A DNA stretch of 32,000 nucleotides from Breznakia sp. PF5-3 (GTDB taxonomy: Bacteria > Bacillota_I > Bacilli_A > Erysipelotrichales > Erysipelotrichaceae): contig NZ_JAQFIQ010000004.1 of NCBI RefSeq assembly GCF_029504745.1, forward strand, positions 57,219 to 89,218, in the 5' to 3' direction. The position numbers and the translations under genes were made by a program. Below, one piece after another: positions 17,388 through 25,035 of the stretch. The stretch's first letter is position 1, and each line of letters starts with the position of its first letter. The notes below the pieces were generated by a model. That model saw only the letters and a list, made by a program, of their open reading frames with translations. It ran no database searches and was not told the origin of the DNA.

Positions 17388-18578
17388 TTATTCTTCAGGT
17401 GTTGGCATAAGCTCGGTAGCTGATACCATTGCCACAATACAAGGTATTTCTCCAGGTGCAGCGTTGGTTTCAATATCATCTGGTATTTTGATTAAGACTA
17501 AGTATGAGGGATATACATAGTTATTGGTACTCCAATGACGACTATCATATAATTCAATACCCAATACATCTTTATAAGTTTCATCACTTAATGCATTTTG
17601 GATAATTGTCTGATAAGTCGTATCAGCGTTATCAAAATATGGAATCTGTATTGGACCACATGCGTAATCGTTTTTCAAGTTTTCTAGTGCTTGTTTAGTG
17701 CTGATCATTTTTTTGTCAGCTACTTTAGTTAAAGTGAAATTATTTGGCAATGATATACTAAGTTCCTTTCCGTTATCTCCCTCAAATAAATCATAGTCCA
17801 TTCGCTCAAATGATTTCATCATATCATTAACATCACTACGGGTTACATAGCCCTTTCCATTTGATTCTGGGGGAGTATCAAATGCACTTGTATAAGTATA
17901 TGGTTCATAGGGGTTACCAGTAAGCTCCTCCAAAATTTTAATTGCAAAATTATTAGCAGCTTCACTGTCTTCTATACCATATTCTTTTGGGTTTTTAAAC
18001 CAAATGGTTACATATATATGTGCATCGATAGAAAATGAAACACCATTAGGATAAGAATACGTAATGCTTGTTTTTACTCCCTGTTCAGTTGCATCATCTG
18101 TGATTGTTCTATCTTTAGAATCTAGATTTAGTATTTTTTCGATTGGTTCTGCATATTGTTTATCAAATTGTTCTTGTGAAACTATATCTGTGATACTTTG
18201 AATGATACGTCCATCTTGCGAATAGTCTAATCTAATATTTTCATAAACTGGTAAGGTGTCATACAATGCTATATCAGAGATTTCTAAATTGTTTGGATAT
18301 GCAGCATCCTTTTTTAAATAAATAAGTCCATCGTCTCCTTTGCGAGAATTAGATCCAGCATCCTTTGTTTGTGATATATCCTCTTTTTTAGGATTTGAAT
18401 TCATTTTTTGTAGTGTAAATACACTTATAATCATTAAACATACAACGATAGCTAGAGCCATAATAGGTTTCATGTTATTCTTTGTTACTTTTTCATTTGA
18501 TATTTCTTGAAGATGCTCTTTTAGTTTATTGTTTTCATTTATTTCATCTATATAGGTTTTATAATTTTTTTTGTTCAT
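17388..18578 (-). CDS. single-pass membrane protein with a large extracytoplasmic domain; putative anti-sigma factor
   Basis: 396 aa: ~35-aa cytoplasmic N-terminus, one TM (IMALAIVVCLMIISVFTL), ~335-aa external domain with no motif I recognise. ATGA overlap with the upstream ECF sigma gene. Confidence 0.5.
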   Translation of the reverse strand: MNKKNYKTYIDEINENNKLKEHLQEISNEKVTKNNMKPIMALAIVVCLMIISVFTLQKMNSNPKKEDISQTKDAGSNSRKGDDGLIYLKKDAAYPNNLEISDIALYDTLPVYENIRLDYSQDGRIIQSITDIVSQEQFDKQYAEPIEKILNLDSKDRTITDDATEQGVKTSITYSYPNGVSFSIDAHIYVTIWFKNPKEYGIEDSEAANNFAIKILEELTGNPYEPYTYTSAFDTPPESNGKGYVTRSDVNDMMKSFERMDYDLFEGDNGKELSISLPNNFTLTKVADKKMISTKQALENLKNDYACGPIQIPYFDNADTTYQTIIQNALSDETYKDVLGIELYDSRHWSTNNYVYPSYLVLIKIPDDIETNAAPGEIPCIVAMVSATELMPTPEE

Positions 18579-19036
18579 GATGATTCCTCCATTTGAGATT
18601 TAAGATATTTTAATGAGTTTTTTATATCACGAGAGACAGAACTAATGCTACGACCTGTCATATCTGATATTTCTTTATAGGTGTAACCTTCAATATAATA
18701 CAGATATACTATTGTGCGTTCTTCTTTTGAAAGTGCCATAAGTTCATCGTGTACTTGAATGCTTTCTTTGCTAATGATAAATTCATTAATATCAACATCG
18801 ACATGTTTCTTCTTGAAGAAACGGCGATGCAAGCTATTGCATTGATTTATAGTGACACGAACTAACCAATTTTTTAAGTGTTCTTCACTTTCAAAAGGCT
18901 TACTTTTATATAATTTGATATAGACTTCCTGTGCAATGTCTTGGGCATCATGAAAACTTGACGTGTTTGCCAAAGCAACATGAAAAACGAGATTGGAATA
19001 TTTATCTATATATTCTTCAAACTGTGAATGATCCAT
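18575..19036 (-). CDS. ECF-type (group 4) sigma-70 family RNA polymerase sigma factor
   Basis: 153 aa. Region 2 (DAQDIAQEVYIKLYK...WLVRVTINQC) and region 4 HTH (EERTIVYLYYIEGYTYKEISDMTGRSISSVSRDIKNSLKYLK). Confidence 0.88.
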   Translation of the reverse strand: MDHSQFEEYIDKYSNLVFHVALANTSSFHDAQDIAQEVYIKLYKSKPFESEEHLKNWLVRVTINQCNSLHRRFFKKKHVDVDINEFIISKESIQVHDELMALSKEERTIVYLYYIEGYTYKEISDMTGRSISSVSRDIKNSLKYLKSQMEESS

Positions 19037-19145
19037 TGTAAATAATCCTCTAAACTTTCTAACTCATCTTATCATAACTTTTTTAAAATAGGACAGACAA
19101 GTAATAATGGATCCATGGTATCGCTAATTACTTATCTAACAATAC

Positions 19146-19171
19146 TACGTTTGACTTTATCTTTTTTTTCA
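19146..19171 (-). promoter_or_regulatory. candidate ECF-type autoregulated promoter
   Basis: The minus strand reads TGAAAA-N16-CGTA, resembling the SigW-type TGAAAC-N16-CGTA. It lies about 110 nt upstream of the sigma gene ATG. Confidence 0.35.
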
Positions 19172-19266
19172 TAAATCGTAAATTTTTTAATAAATGAATT
19201 ATGGATAGCTTGCAAAAGGTTGGTAGTAAGTATGTACTTAAGGTATACTTATCATGAGGTGAAGTC

Positions 19267-20196
19267 ATGATAACGCAAAATACGGTTGATGAATTTATCA
19301 ATAAAATGAAAGAAGAAGGCTATGTTGTACGTGAAAATGTAGCTTTGAAAGATTATACGAGTTTAGAGATTGGAGGACCTGCAAGATTGCTTGCAGAACC
19401 TTATTGTAGTGATGAAATCAAATGTTTAGTAACGGAAGCAAAACGACTTAATATACCGTTTTATGTTTTAGGAAATGGTTCGAATGTGCTAGCTTCAGAC
19501 TTTGGGTTTCAAGGATTAATAATTGTTACGAAAACAAATTTTAATCAAATCATGATTGATGATGATACAAATATAATTGCGCAGTCTGGTGCTACTTTAA
19601 AAGATGTTTGTAGCTATGCATATGAACACAGTTTAAGTGGACTAGAGTTTGCCTGGGGAATTCCTGCTACGGTAGGTGGAGCAGCATATATGAATGCTGG
19701 CGCTTATGGTGGTGAGATGAAAGATGTAATGATTCATTGTAGTTATATGGATGGTGATGGAAACTTTCATATGCTGAATAGTGATGAATTGTTTTTTTCT
19801 TATCGCCATAGTTTTTTTAGCGATAAAAATGTTGTGATTTTAGAAGCAAAATTTGGTTTATGGAATGGTAATCAAACCAAAATAAAAGAACTGATGGATG
19901 ATTTGTTGGAGCGAAGAAAGGCAAAGCAACCGCTTGAGTATCCAAGCGCCGGAAGCACCTTTAAGCGTCCTGAGGGGAATTATGCATCAGCTCTAATTGA
20001 GCAATCGGGTATGAAAGGGTATAAACATAAAAATGCAATGGTAAGCGATAAGCATGCAGGATTTGTAATTAATCACAATCATGCTACAAGTAAAGAGTTT
20101 TTGGAGCTTATTGATATTGTGAAGAAAGAAGTAAAAGCAAAAACAGGTTATGAACTTGAATGTGAAGTGCGTATTATTGGAGAAGAAGCTGATTAG
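19267..20196 (+). CDS. murB: UDP-N-acetylenolpyruvoylglucosamine reductase
   Basis: 309 aa. FAD-binding domain (FYVLGNGSNVL) and the C-terminal MurB motif (PSAGSTFKRP). Confidence 0.95.
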   Translation: MITQNTVDEFINKMKEEGYVVRENVALKDYTSLEIGGPARLLAEPYCSDEIKCLVTEAKRLNIPFYVLGNGSNVLASDFGFQGLIIVTKTNFNQIMIDDDTNIIAQSGATLKDVCSYAYEHSLSGLEFAWGIPATVGGAAYMNAGAYGGEMKDVMIHCSYMDGDGNFHMLNSDELFFSYRHSFFSDKNVVILEAKFGLWNGNQTKIKELMDDLLERRKAKQPLEYPSAGSTFKRPEGNYASALIEQSGMKGYKHKNAMVSDKHAGFVINHNHATSKEFLELIDIVKKEVKAKTGYELECEVRIIGEEAD

Positions 20197-20206
20197 AAAT
20201 CAGCTT
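20186..20206. terminator. bidirectional hairpin shared by the convergent murB and PTS EIICB genes
   Basis: AAGCTGATT (20186-20194) / AATCAGCTT (20198-20206). The arms contain the last codons and stops of both genes. A T-rich run follows on the + strand. Confidence 0.55.
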
Positions 20207-21630
20207 TTATTTTGGGACTGCATTTCTTCAATAACGTCCATTATATAACTGGCATGCGGTCCATATACAACTTGGATTTCATTTCCTAATTTTAGATATT
20301 CCAGTGCCCCTGTTTTTTTTATTTCATCAAAAGAAAATTTATCAACGTCTAATAAACGAAAGCGAAGTCTTGTAATACAACAATCCATAAAAGTTATATT
20401 ATCTAAAGTACCACAATCACGAATTAAAATTGATGCGATTTGGAGCGCTTCTTCTTTTGTTAGATTGGTAGATAAAAATTGTGTATCTTCACTTACTTCA
20501 CGACCTAATGTATGCATATTAAATTTTTTAATAACATAAGTAAAGGTAAAGTAATATAAGAAGAAGATAAAAATACCTAACACTACCAACATAATAGGGG
20601 TTTTAGAAAATGGCATATTGAAACTTAAAATGAAGTCAATGAATCCTGCACTGAAACTAAATCCAGCAATCCATTGAAATTGTGCAGCAATGAATACACA
20701 AATTCCAGTTATTATTGCATGTAATAAATATAGTGGTGGAGCAATAAACATAAAAGCAAACTCGAGAGGCTCGGTTACACCTGTGAAAAAAGATGCAAAA
20801 GCAGCTGATAATAAGAATGATTTTATCTTTTCACGATTCTGTGGATAAGCTGTTTTCAACATGGCAAAGGCAACACCAGGAAGGCCAAACATCATGATGG
20901 GAAAAAATCCAGCTTGATACATTCCTGTAACACCCAAAGTTCCTGTAGAAGCCCAGAAGTTCCCAATGTCATTAATTCCAATGACATCAAACCAGAATAC
21001 AGAGTTTAGAGCATGATGCATTCCAATCGGAATTAATAAACGGTTAAAAAATGCATATATCCCAGCACCTAAAGGTCCTAACCCACTTACCAAAGCTCCA
21101 AATGAAATTAAACCTTCGTAAATGAAAGGCCATAAAAAGTATAAAATGATGGCAACAATAATTGTTATTAAAATAGTAATTAGTAGAATAACTAAATACT
21201 TGTTAACTTGTTGGAATGTTTTTTTATTGAAGCGATTGTATATCCCTGAAGCAATCACTCCTGATAGAATACCAATAAATTGATTATCAATTTTTTCAAA
21301 AGCGATGGGAATTGCCCCGCTAGTTTCACTTTGATAACTAGCAACACTATCACTTCCTAATAGGGAAGTAATAATTAAGAATGTTAATAACCCATTAAAC
21401 GCACTAAAACCACTTTGATCATCACTAAGGCCATAAGCCACACCTACAGCAAAGGTCATAGGCATAAAGCTCAATAGTGCATTTCCAGTAGTTTTTAAAA
21501 TGATTGCAAAGAAATAAATAGTAGAATTATCGATTTGTTCAAAGGAGTAACCTAATCCTGTGAGAATTGCAGCAATGGGAAAGATTGCAATGGGAAGTAA
21601 TAAGGATTTCCCAATTTTTTGTAAAGTCAT
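20200..21630 (-). CDS. PTS glucose/GlcNAc-family transporter subunit EIICB (intact)
   Basis: 476 aa. EIIC has the GITE-type motif (GVTEPLEFAFMF). The C-terminal EIIB has the phosphorylatable Cys motif (DCCITRLRF). No SD; the start follows the antiterminator stop as TAAtATG. Confidence 0.9.
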   Translation of the reverse strand: MTLQKIGKSLLLPIAIFPIAAILTGLGYSFEQIDNSTIYFFAIILKTTGNALLSFMPMTFAVGVAYGLSDDQSGFSAFNGLLTFLIITSLLGSDSVASYQSETSGAIPIAFEKIDNQFIGILSGVIASGIYNRFNKKTFQQVNKYLVILLITILITIIVAIILYFLWPFIYEGLISFGALVSGLGPLGAGIYAFFNRLLIPIGMHHALNSVFWFDVIGINDIGNFWASTGTLGVTGMYQAGFFPIMMFGLPGVAFAMLKTAYPQNREKIKSFLLSAAFASFFTGVTEPLEFAFMFIAPPLYLLHAIITGICVFIAAQFQWIAGFSFSAGFIDFILSFNMPFSKTPIMLVVLGIFIFFLYYFTFTYVIKKFNMHTLGREVSEDTQFLSTNLTKEEALQIASILIRDCGTLDNITFMDCCITRLRFRLLDVDKFSFDEIKKTGALEYLKLGNEIQVVYGPHASYIMDVIEEMQSQNKS

Positions 21631-21631
21631 A

Positions 21632-22456
21632 TTAGTTTATGATTTTATTGATATGAATCATCAGGTAAACTTTTTCATCCTGTGTGAGTTCATACTTATA
21701 GTTCATCTTAACAATTTCATAAATGTTTTCAATGCAACGCTCCATCAATGCATGATTACCCACAAGCAAGGTATATAGTTGATCCAAATCGATAGGTTCT
21801 TTTTTAGTATTTTGAAAAATATGCTGGGCTAGAAATTTCAGATGTGTTAACAACCGAGAATAATCAAGTTCATTTTCATCAAAAGATAAATGAAAGGTAT
21901 TTTCAATAATCGTTTGAATATCTTTAATAAATCGCAATATCTTGGTTGCATTTCCAGTGGTTGTCCCCATATTTGCATTCACAATATGCATAGCGATATA
22001 ACTTGCTTCATGCTCACCTAATTCAATTTTAGTATTTGCTTCAATTAATTTTAGTGACCACAAGCCCAGTTTAAATTCATCTTTATACAAAGTTCTAATT
22101 TCGGTAAGCATCAAATTTGGCATTTGCATATTTCGTTTTTTTCTTTCGACAGCATACCAAAGGTGATCGGTAAGTGAAATTAAAATTTGATTGCTTAAAG
22201 TAATATTTAATTCTTTGGTTGCTTTGCTAGCAATTGCTTCTGCAATTTGAAAGTATAGAACTGGTGTGCGATTCAATAATTGATTGATTTGAGTACGTTG
22301 TTTATCTTCAAATGTATACTTTTTATCAATCTTTTTTTCGTCAACAAAATCATTGGCTTTTTTTTGAAAACCAATTCCATTTCCGGTTAGGATAACTTCT
22401 TTATCACCATCTTTTGCGGCTATGATATTGTTATTATAAATACGGACAATTTTCAT
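21632..22456 (-). CDS. BglG/LicT/GlcT-family transcription antiterminator (CAT + PRD1 + PRD2)
   Basis: 274 aa. N-terminal CAT domain MKIVRIYNNNIIAA...GNGIGFQKK. Two PRD regions with conserved His contexts (LTDHL..., YIAMHI..., LLTHLKF...). Confidence 0.9.
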   Translation of the reverse strand: MKIVRIYNNNIIAAKDGDKEVILTGNGIGFQKKANDFVDEKKIDKKYTFEDKQRTQINQLLNRTPVLYFQIAEAIASKATKELNITLSNQILISLTDHLWYAVERKKRNMQMPNLMLTEIRTLYKDEFKLGLWSLKLIEANTKIELGEHEASYIAMHIVNANMGTTTGNATKILRFIKDIQTIIENTFHLSFDENELDYSRLLTHLKFLAQHIFQNTKKEPIDLDQLYTLLVGNHALMERCIENIYEIVKMNYKYELTQDEKVYLMIHINKIIN

Positions 22457-22467
22457 AAAGTTTCCTC

Positions 22468-23742
22468 CTAAAATACTAAAGATTGCATTTCTTCTTTTTG
22501 CAATTCTTCCAATGCTTTTGTTAGTTTATCACCATCTTTATCTATTTTTAAAATCAAAATATTCGCTTCTTTTTCATAAGGGATAGCAAAGCCCAAATCT
22601 TGAAATTTCTGCATATCTACAAAACTTATGGATATCACAAAAACTTCTATTCCCAAATTAGGAAGGTATTGAAAACGAATTATGTTTTCAATACCACCAA
22701 ATGCATGAAATAAGTTTTGAACAGTTTTATCATCATGTTTTTTTGTATTGATTACTCCTATATCAAAATGAATATTTAACTTTTGAAATAAGGTATAGAA
22801 AATCACCCCATATGCAATGCTTGCACCTATTCCGAGCAGTGGGATAGGAATACTACTATTATTATATACTATTATGAGCAAACCAGTTAAAAATATATGA
22901 ATACCATAAAGAATTGGACTACTCATAAAAATGATAATATCAAATAACATACCATTTCCACCTACTATACTATTTAAGAAAATCATTATAAATAAGGATA
23001 AATATAAATTTTTAAGTTGTTTGTTTGAATGAAGATAAACAATAATTAGTACTATTGGAGTTATATACATTGTAATGCTTGAAAGAAATGCTTGGCTTTC
23101 AATATCAAACATGGGAAGCAATGAAAATCCAATAGGGGTTAATAGTTTTTGAATACTGGCAATCCATCCATCACTAATGAAATGAAATTGTTTTATTCCA
23201 TTAATTAGGGTGATTAAACCTTCAACAATATATGGCCAAGTAAAAAAAAGAATACTTGATATGAAAATCATAATACAACCAGTTATAATAGGAACCAAAC
23301 GTTTTCCACTAAAGAATGCAAATCCTTGAGGAAGTTGAACACTTGAAAAATGATTATAAATCCAAGCACTTATAATTCCACACAAAATTCCAATAAATGG
23401 TGTTTGAATATAAACAAAGGTTGGATCTAATTGGTAGGTAGTACTTTCTAGTGCCTTTTGAAATGTATCGTTTGTTAGAATTTGAGTAACTACAATGTAG
23501 CTAATGATACCGCTTAAAATACTTGTTCCATCCATTTTTAAAGTTAGAAAAAAAGTAACACTTGCTGCAAGTAAGAGTGGCAAATGGTGAAAATATAAAG
23601 GTTCTAGATTTATTAGAAAATATAATCCAGAGAATTGAAAAGTCTCATAAAAAAAACTACCAATTAAACTTAATCCAGTAATTATCGGCAATATTAAAAG
23701 TGGCAACAGTAAACCGAGACAGTATCTTTTATAGGTATTCAC
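22468..23742 (-). CDS. degenerate PTS EIIC(B)-like membrane protein (predicted non-phosphorylatable, GITE motif lost)
   Basis: 424 aa, GTG start with an AGGGGG RBS. The EIIC-like N-terminus (LLLPLLILPIITGL) and polytopic body parallel the neighbouring EIICB. VGGNGMLFD replaces GVTEPLEF. The EIIB-like tail (FGGIENIIRFQYLPNLGIEV) has no cysteine. Confidence 0.7.
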   Translation of the reverse strand: MNTYKRYCLGLLLPLLILPIITGLSLIGSFFYETFQFSGLYFLINLEPLYFHHLPLLLAASVTFFLTLKMDGTSILSGIISYIVVTQILTNDTFQKALESTTYQLDPTFVYIQTPFIGILCGIISAWIYNHFSSVQLPQGFAFFSGKRLVPIITGCIMIFISSILFFTWPYIVEGLITLINGIKQFHFISDGWIASIQKLLTPIGFSLLPMFDIESQAFLSSITMYITPIVLIIVYLHSNKQLKNLYLSLFIMIFLNSIVGGNGMLFDIIIFMSSPILYGIHIFLTGLLIIVYNNSSIPIPLLGIGASIAYGVIFYTLFQKLNIHFDIGVINTKKHDDKTVQNLFHAFGGIENIIRFQYLPNLGIEVFVISISFVDMQKFQDLGFAIPYEKEANILILKIDKDGDKLTKALEELQKEEMQSLVF

Positions 23743-23782
23743 CTGCAGTACCCCCTATTTATTTTTCCCCTTAATCGCCTTC

Positions 23783-23811
23783 ATTATATGAAGTACAAAG
23801 GGGTTTGTCAA
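23783..23811 (-). promoter_or_regulatory. consensus sigma-A promoter of the EIIC'-antiterminator-EIICB operon
   Basis: The minus strand reads TTGACA (rc 23806-23811), 17 nt, TATAAT (rc 23783-23788). The leader to the GTG is only about 40 nt and has no hairpin. Confidence 0.75.
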
Positions 23812-23831
23812 TTTTTTATTTATGTGATTAT

Positions 23832-23860
23832 TTGACAAATTCGAATATTTACAGTAGCAT
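23832..23860 (+). promoter_or_regulatory. candidate promoter of the EIIA gene (divergent, back-to-back -35 boxes)
   Basis: TTGACA (23832-23837), 17 nt, TAGCAT (23855-23860). RBS AAGGGGG precedes the ATG at 23890. Confidence 0.5.
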
Positions 23861-23889
23861 ACTGATTGAAGAAAACAAGGGGGTAAAAA

Positions 23890-24369
23890 ATGTTTCAACG
23901 ATTTTCTAAGCGGAAAAAACATTTGGATATTTTTGCTCCAGTAGACGGTCAGACAATGAGTCTTGATCAAGTAGATGACCCTGTATTTTCTGGAAGAATT
24001 ATGGGTGAAGGAATTGCGATTAACACGCATTGTGGTAAAGTATATGCGCCAGCAGATGGAACAATTGCAGTATTGGCCAAAACCAAACATGCAGTTGCCA
24101 TGAAATTGAATAATGGAATTGAATTGTTAATTCATGTTGGCATCCATACAGATACATTAACAGGCAATGAATGTTTATCCCACGTAGAAACTGGACAAAG
24201 AGTAAAAAAAGGAGAATTACTTCTAACGTTTGATTCAAAGAAGATGTGTAAAGAAACCGATATTGTTGTTCCAATTATTGTGTTGAATAGTTCACAACAT
24301 CCAATTTGTCACTTGAAAATAGGGACAAAAGCGGTTGTGAATGAAACGGTATTGTTTGAAGTGCAATAA
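23890..24369 (+). CDS. PTS glucose-family EIIA component
   Basis: 159 aa. EIIA-Glc fold motifs: DPVFSGRIMGEGIAI, and the active-site His region GIELLIHVGIHTDTL. Confidence 0.92.
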   Translation: MFQRFSKRKKHLDIFAPVDGQTMSLDQVDDPVFSGRIMGEGIAINTHCGKVYAPADGTIAVLAKTKHAVAMKLNNGIELLIHVGIHTDTLTGNECLSHVETGQRVKKGELLLTFDSKKMCKETDIVVPIIVLNSSQHPICHLKIGTKAVVNETVLFEVQ

Positions 24370-24376
24370 CTGGATA

Positions 24377-24404
24377 TTGACAACAACAAATATCGTGTTA
24401 AAAT
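24377..24404 (+). promoter_or_regulatory. promoter preceding the RAT element
   Basis: TTGACA (24377-24382), 16 nt, TGtTAAAAT (extended -10, 24396-24404). Confidence 0.6.
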
Positions 24405-24432
24405 GAAATTGACAGGTAGAATAGATAAGGTT

Positions 24433-24459
24433 GGATTGTAACTAGTAATAGGCAAGACT
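24433..24459 (+). promoter_or_regulatory. RAT (ribonucleic antiterminator) target of a BglG/LicT-family protein
   Basis: GGATTGTAACTAGTAATAGGCAAGACT compared with B. subtilis RATs (e.g. GGAUUGUGACUGGUAAAGCAGGCAAGACC). It folds as GG/UUG...CAA/CU with a CUA-GUAA-UAG apical stem and GNRA loop. Its 3' part overlaps the 5' arm of the terminator. Confidence 0.8.
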
Positions 24460-24505
24460 AACGAAATCACAGTGATGTGTTTTTGTTAATCTTGCCTTTT
24501 TGTTT
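24450..24505 (+). terminator. RAT-overlapping intrinsic terminator
   Basis: AGGCAAGACTAAC (24450-24462) pairs with GTTAATCTTGCCT (24485-24497): 13 bp with one C.A mismatch, followed by TTTTTGTTT. Confidence 0.8.
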
Positions 24506-24916
24506 CTTCCGCGATTGTCTATTGTAGTACTTGTTTCTCTTACACATCATCTGTGAGAAAACGATCCAAATGTTTTTGATACCGCAATATTAAAAACCAC
24601 ATAGGTGTGTGTGATATGATAATGATTTTTTATGCTCATATAAATGACAGGCATGAGCAATAAAAATTTAGTCATGGGGATGGAAACGCATTCATAAGTA
24701 AACACTAATAATCCAACAGGTTTCATTTCAAACTTCTTAGCAGGTTGATTATTGGGTTATGATAGGTTCCCCATATAAAATTTCGATGTTTTCAAAAACA
24801 ACTGAATTTTGGAAACTATCATAAATTGGTTTTATATTATGAATGGAGAAACAAGTACTAGGGTAGATAATCTGGTTCCCAAGAAGGAAAGGGATTTTAA
24901 CACACCAAATATGTAA

Positions 24917-24950
24917 TAACAGTGGATTTACACATAGGAATCCACTGTTA
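24917..24950. repeat. perfect 12-bp inverted repeat TAACAGTGGATT-N10-AATCCACTGTTA
   Basis: Seen directly in the sequence. No adjacent U-run on either strand. About 50 bp upstream of the TGaTATAAT box (about 25003-25011) of the next gene. Confidence 0.7.
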
Positions 24951-25035
24951 TACATATATTGTGAAAAAGGGATTTGGATAATTTTTTTTCTTTATTAAAT
25001 CTATGATATAATAGCTAGGCAATAAAGGGGAAAAG

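Noticed and set aside
21560-21778. 72-aa + strand ORF spanning the antiterminator/EIICB junction
   Set aside because: It is antisense to two confident minus-strand genes.
23755-24274. Minus-strand ORFs 23755-24090 and 24020-24274
   Set aside because: They overlap the divergent promoter region and run antisense to the well-supported EIIA gene.
24602-24664. 15-codon + strand sORF (MIMIFYAHINDRHEQ) with an AGGTG about 8 nt upstream, downstream of the RAT terminator
   Set aside because: It is too short to support from sequence alone, and it could arise by chance in AT-rich DNA.
24550-24955. Minus-strand 68-aa ORF (24749-24955) plus an adjacent 58-aa ORF (24550-24726) in another frame, a possible frameshifted membrane-protein pseudogene
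   Set aside because: I cannot recognise any family. The 68-aa ORF would start inside a perfect 12-bp hairpin with no RBS. It remains possible that this is a decayed gene, and BLASTX would decide.
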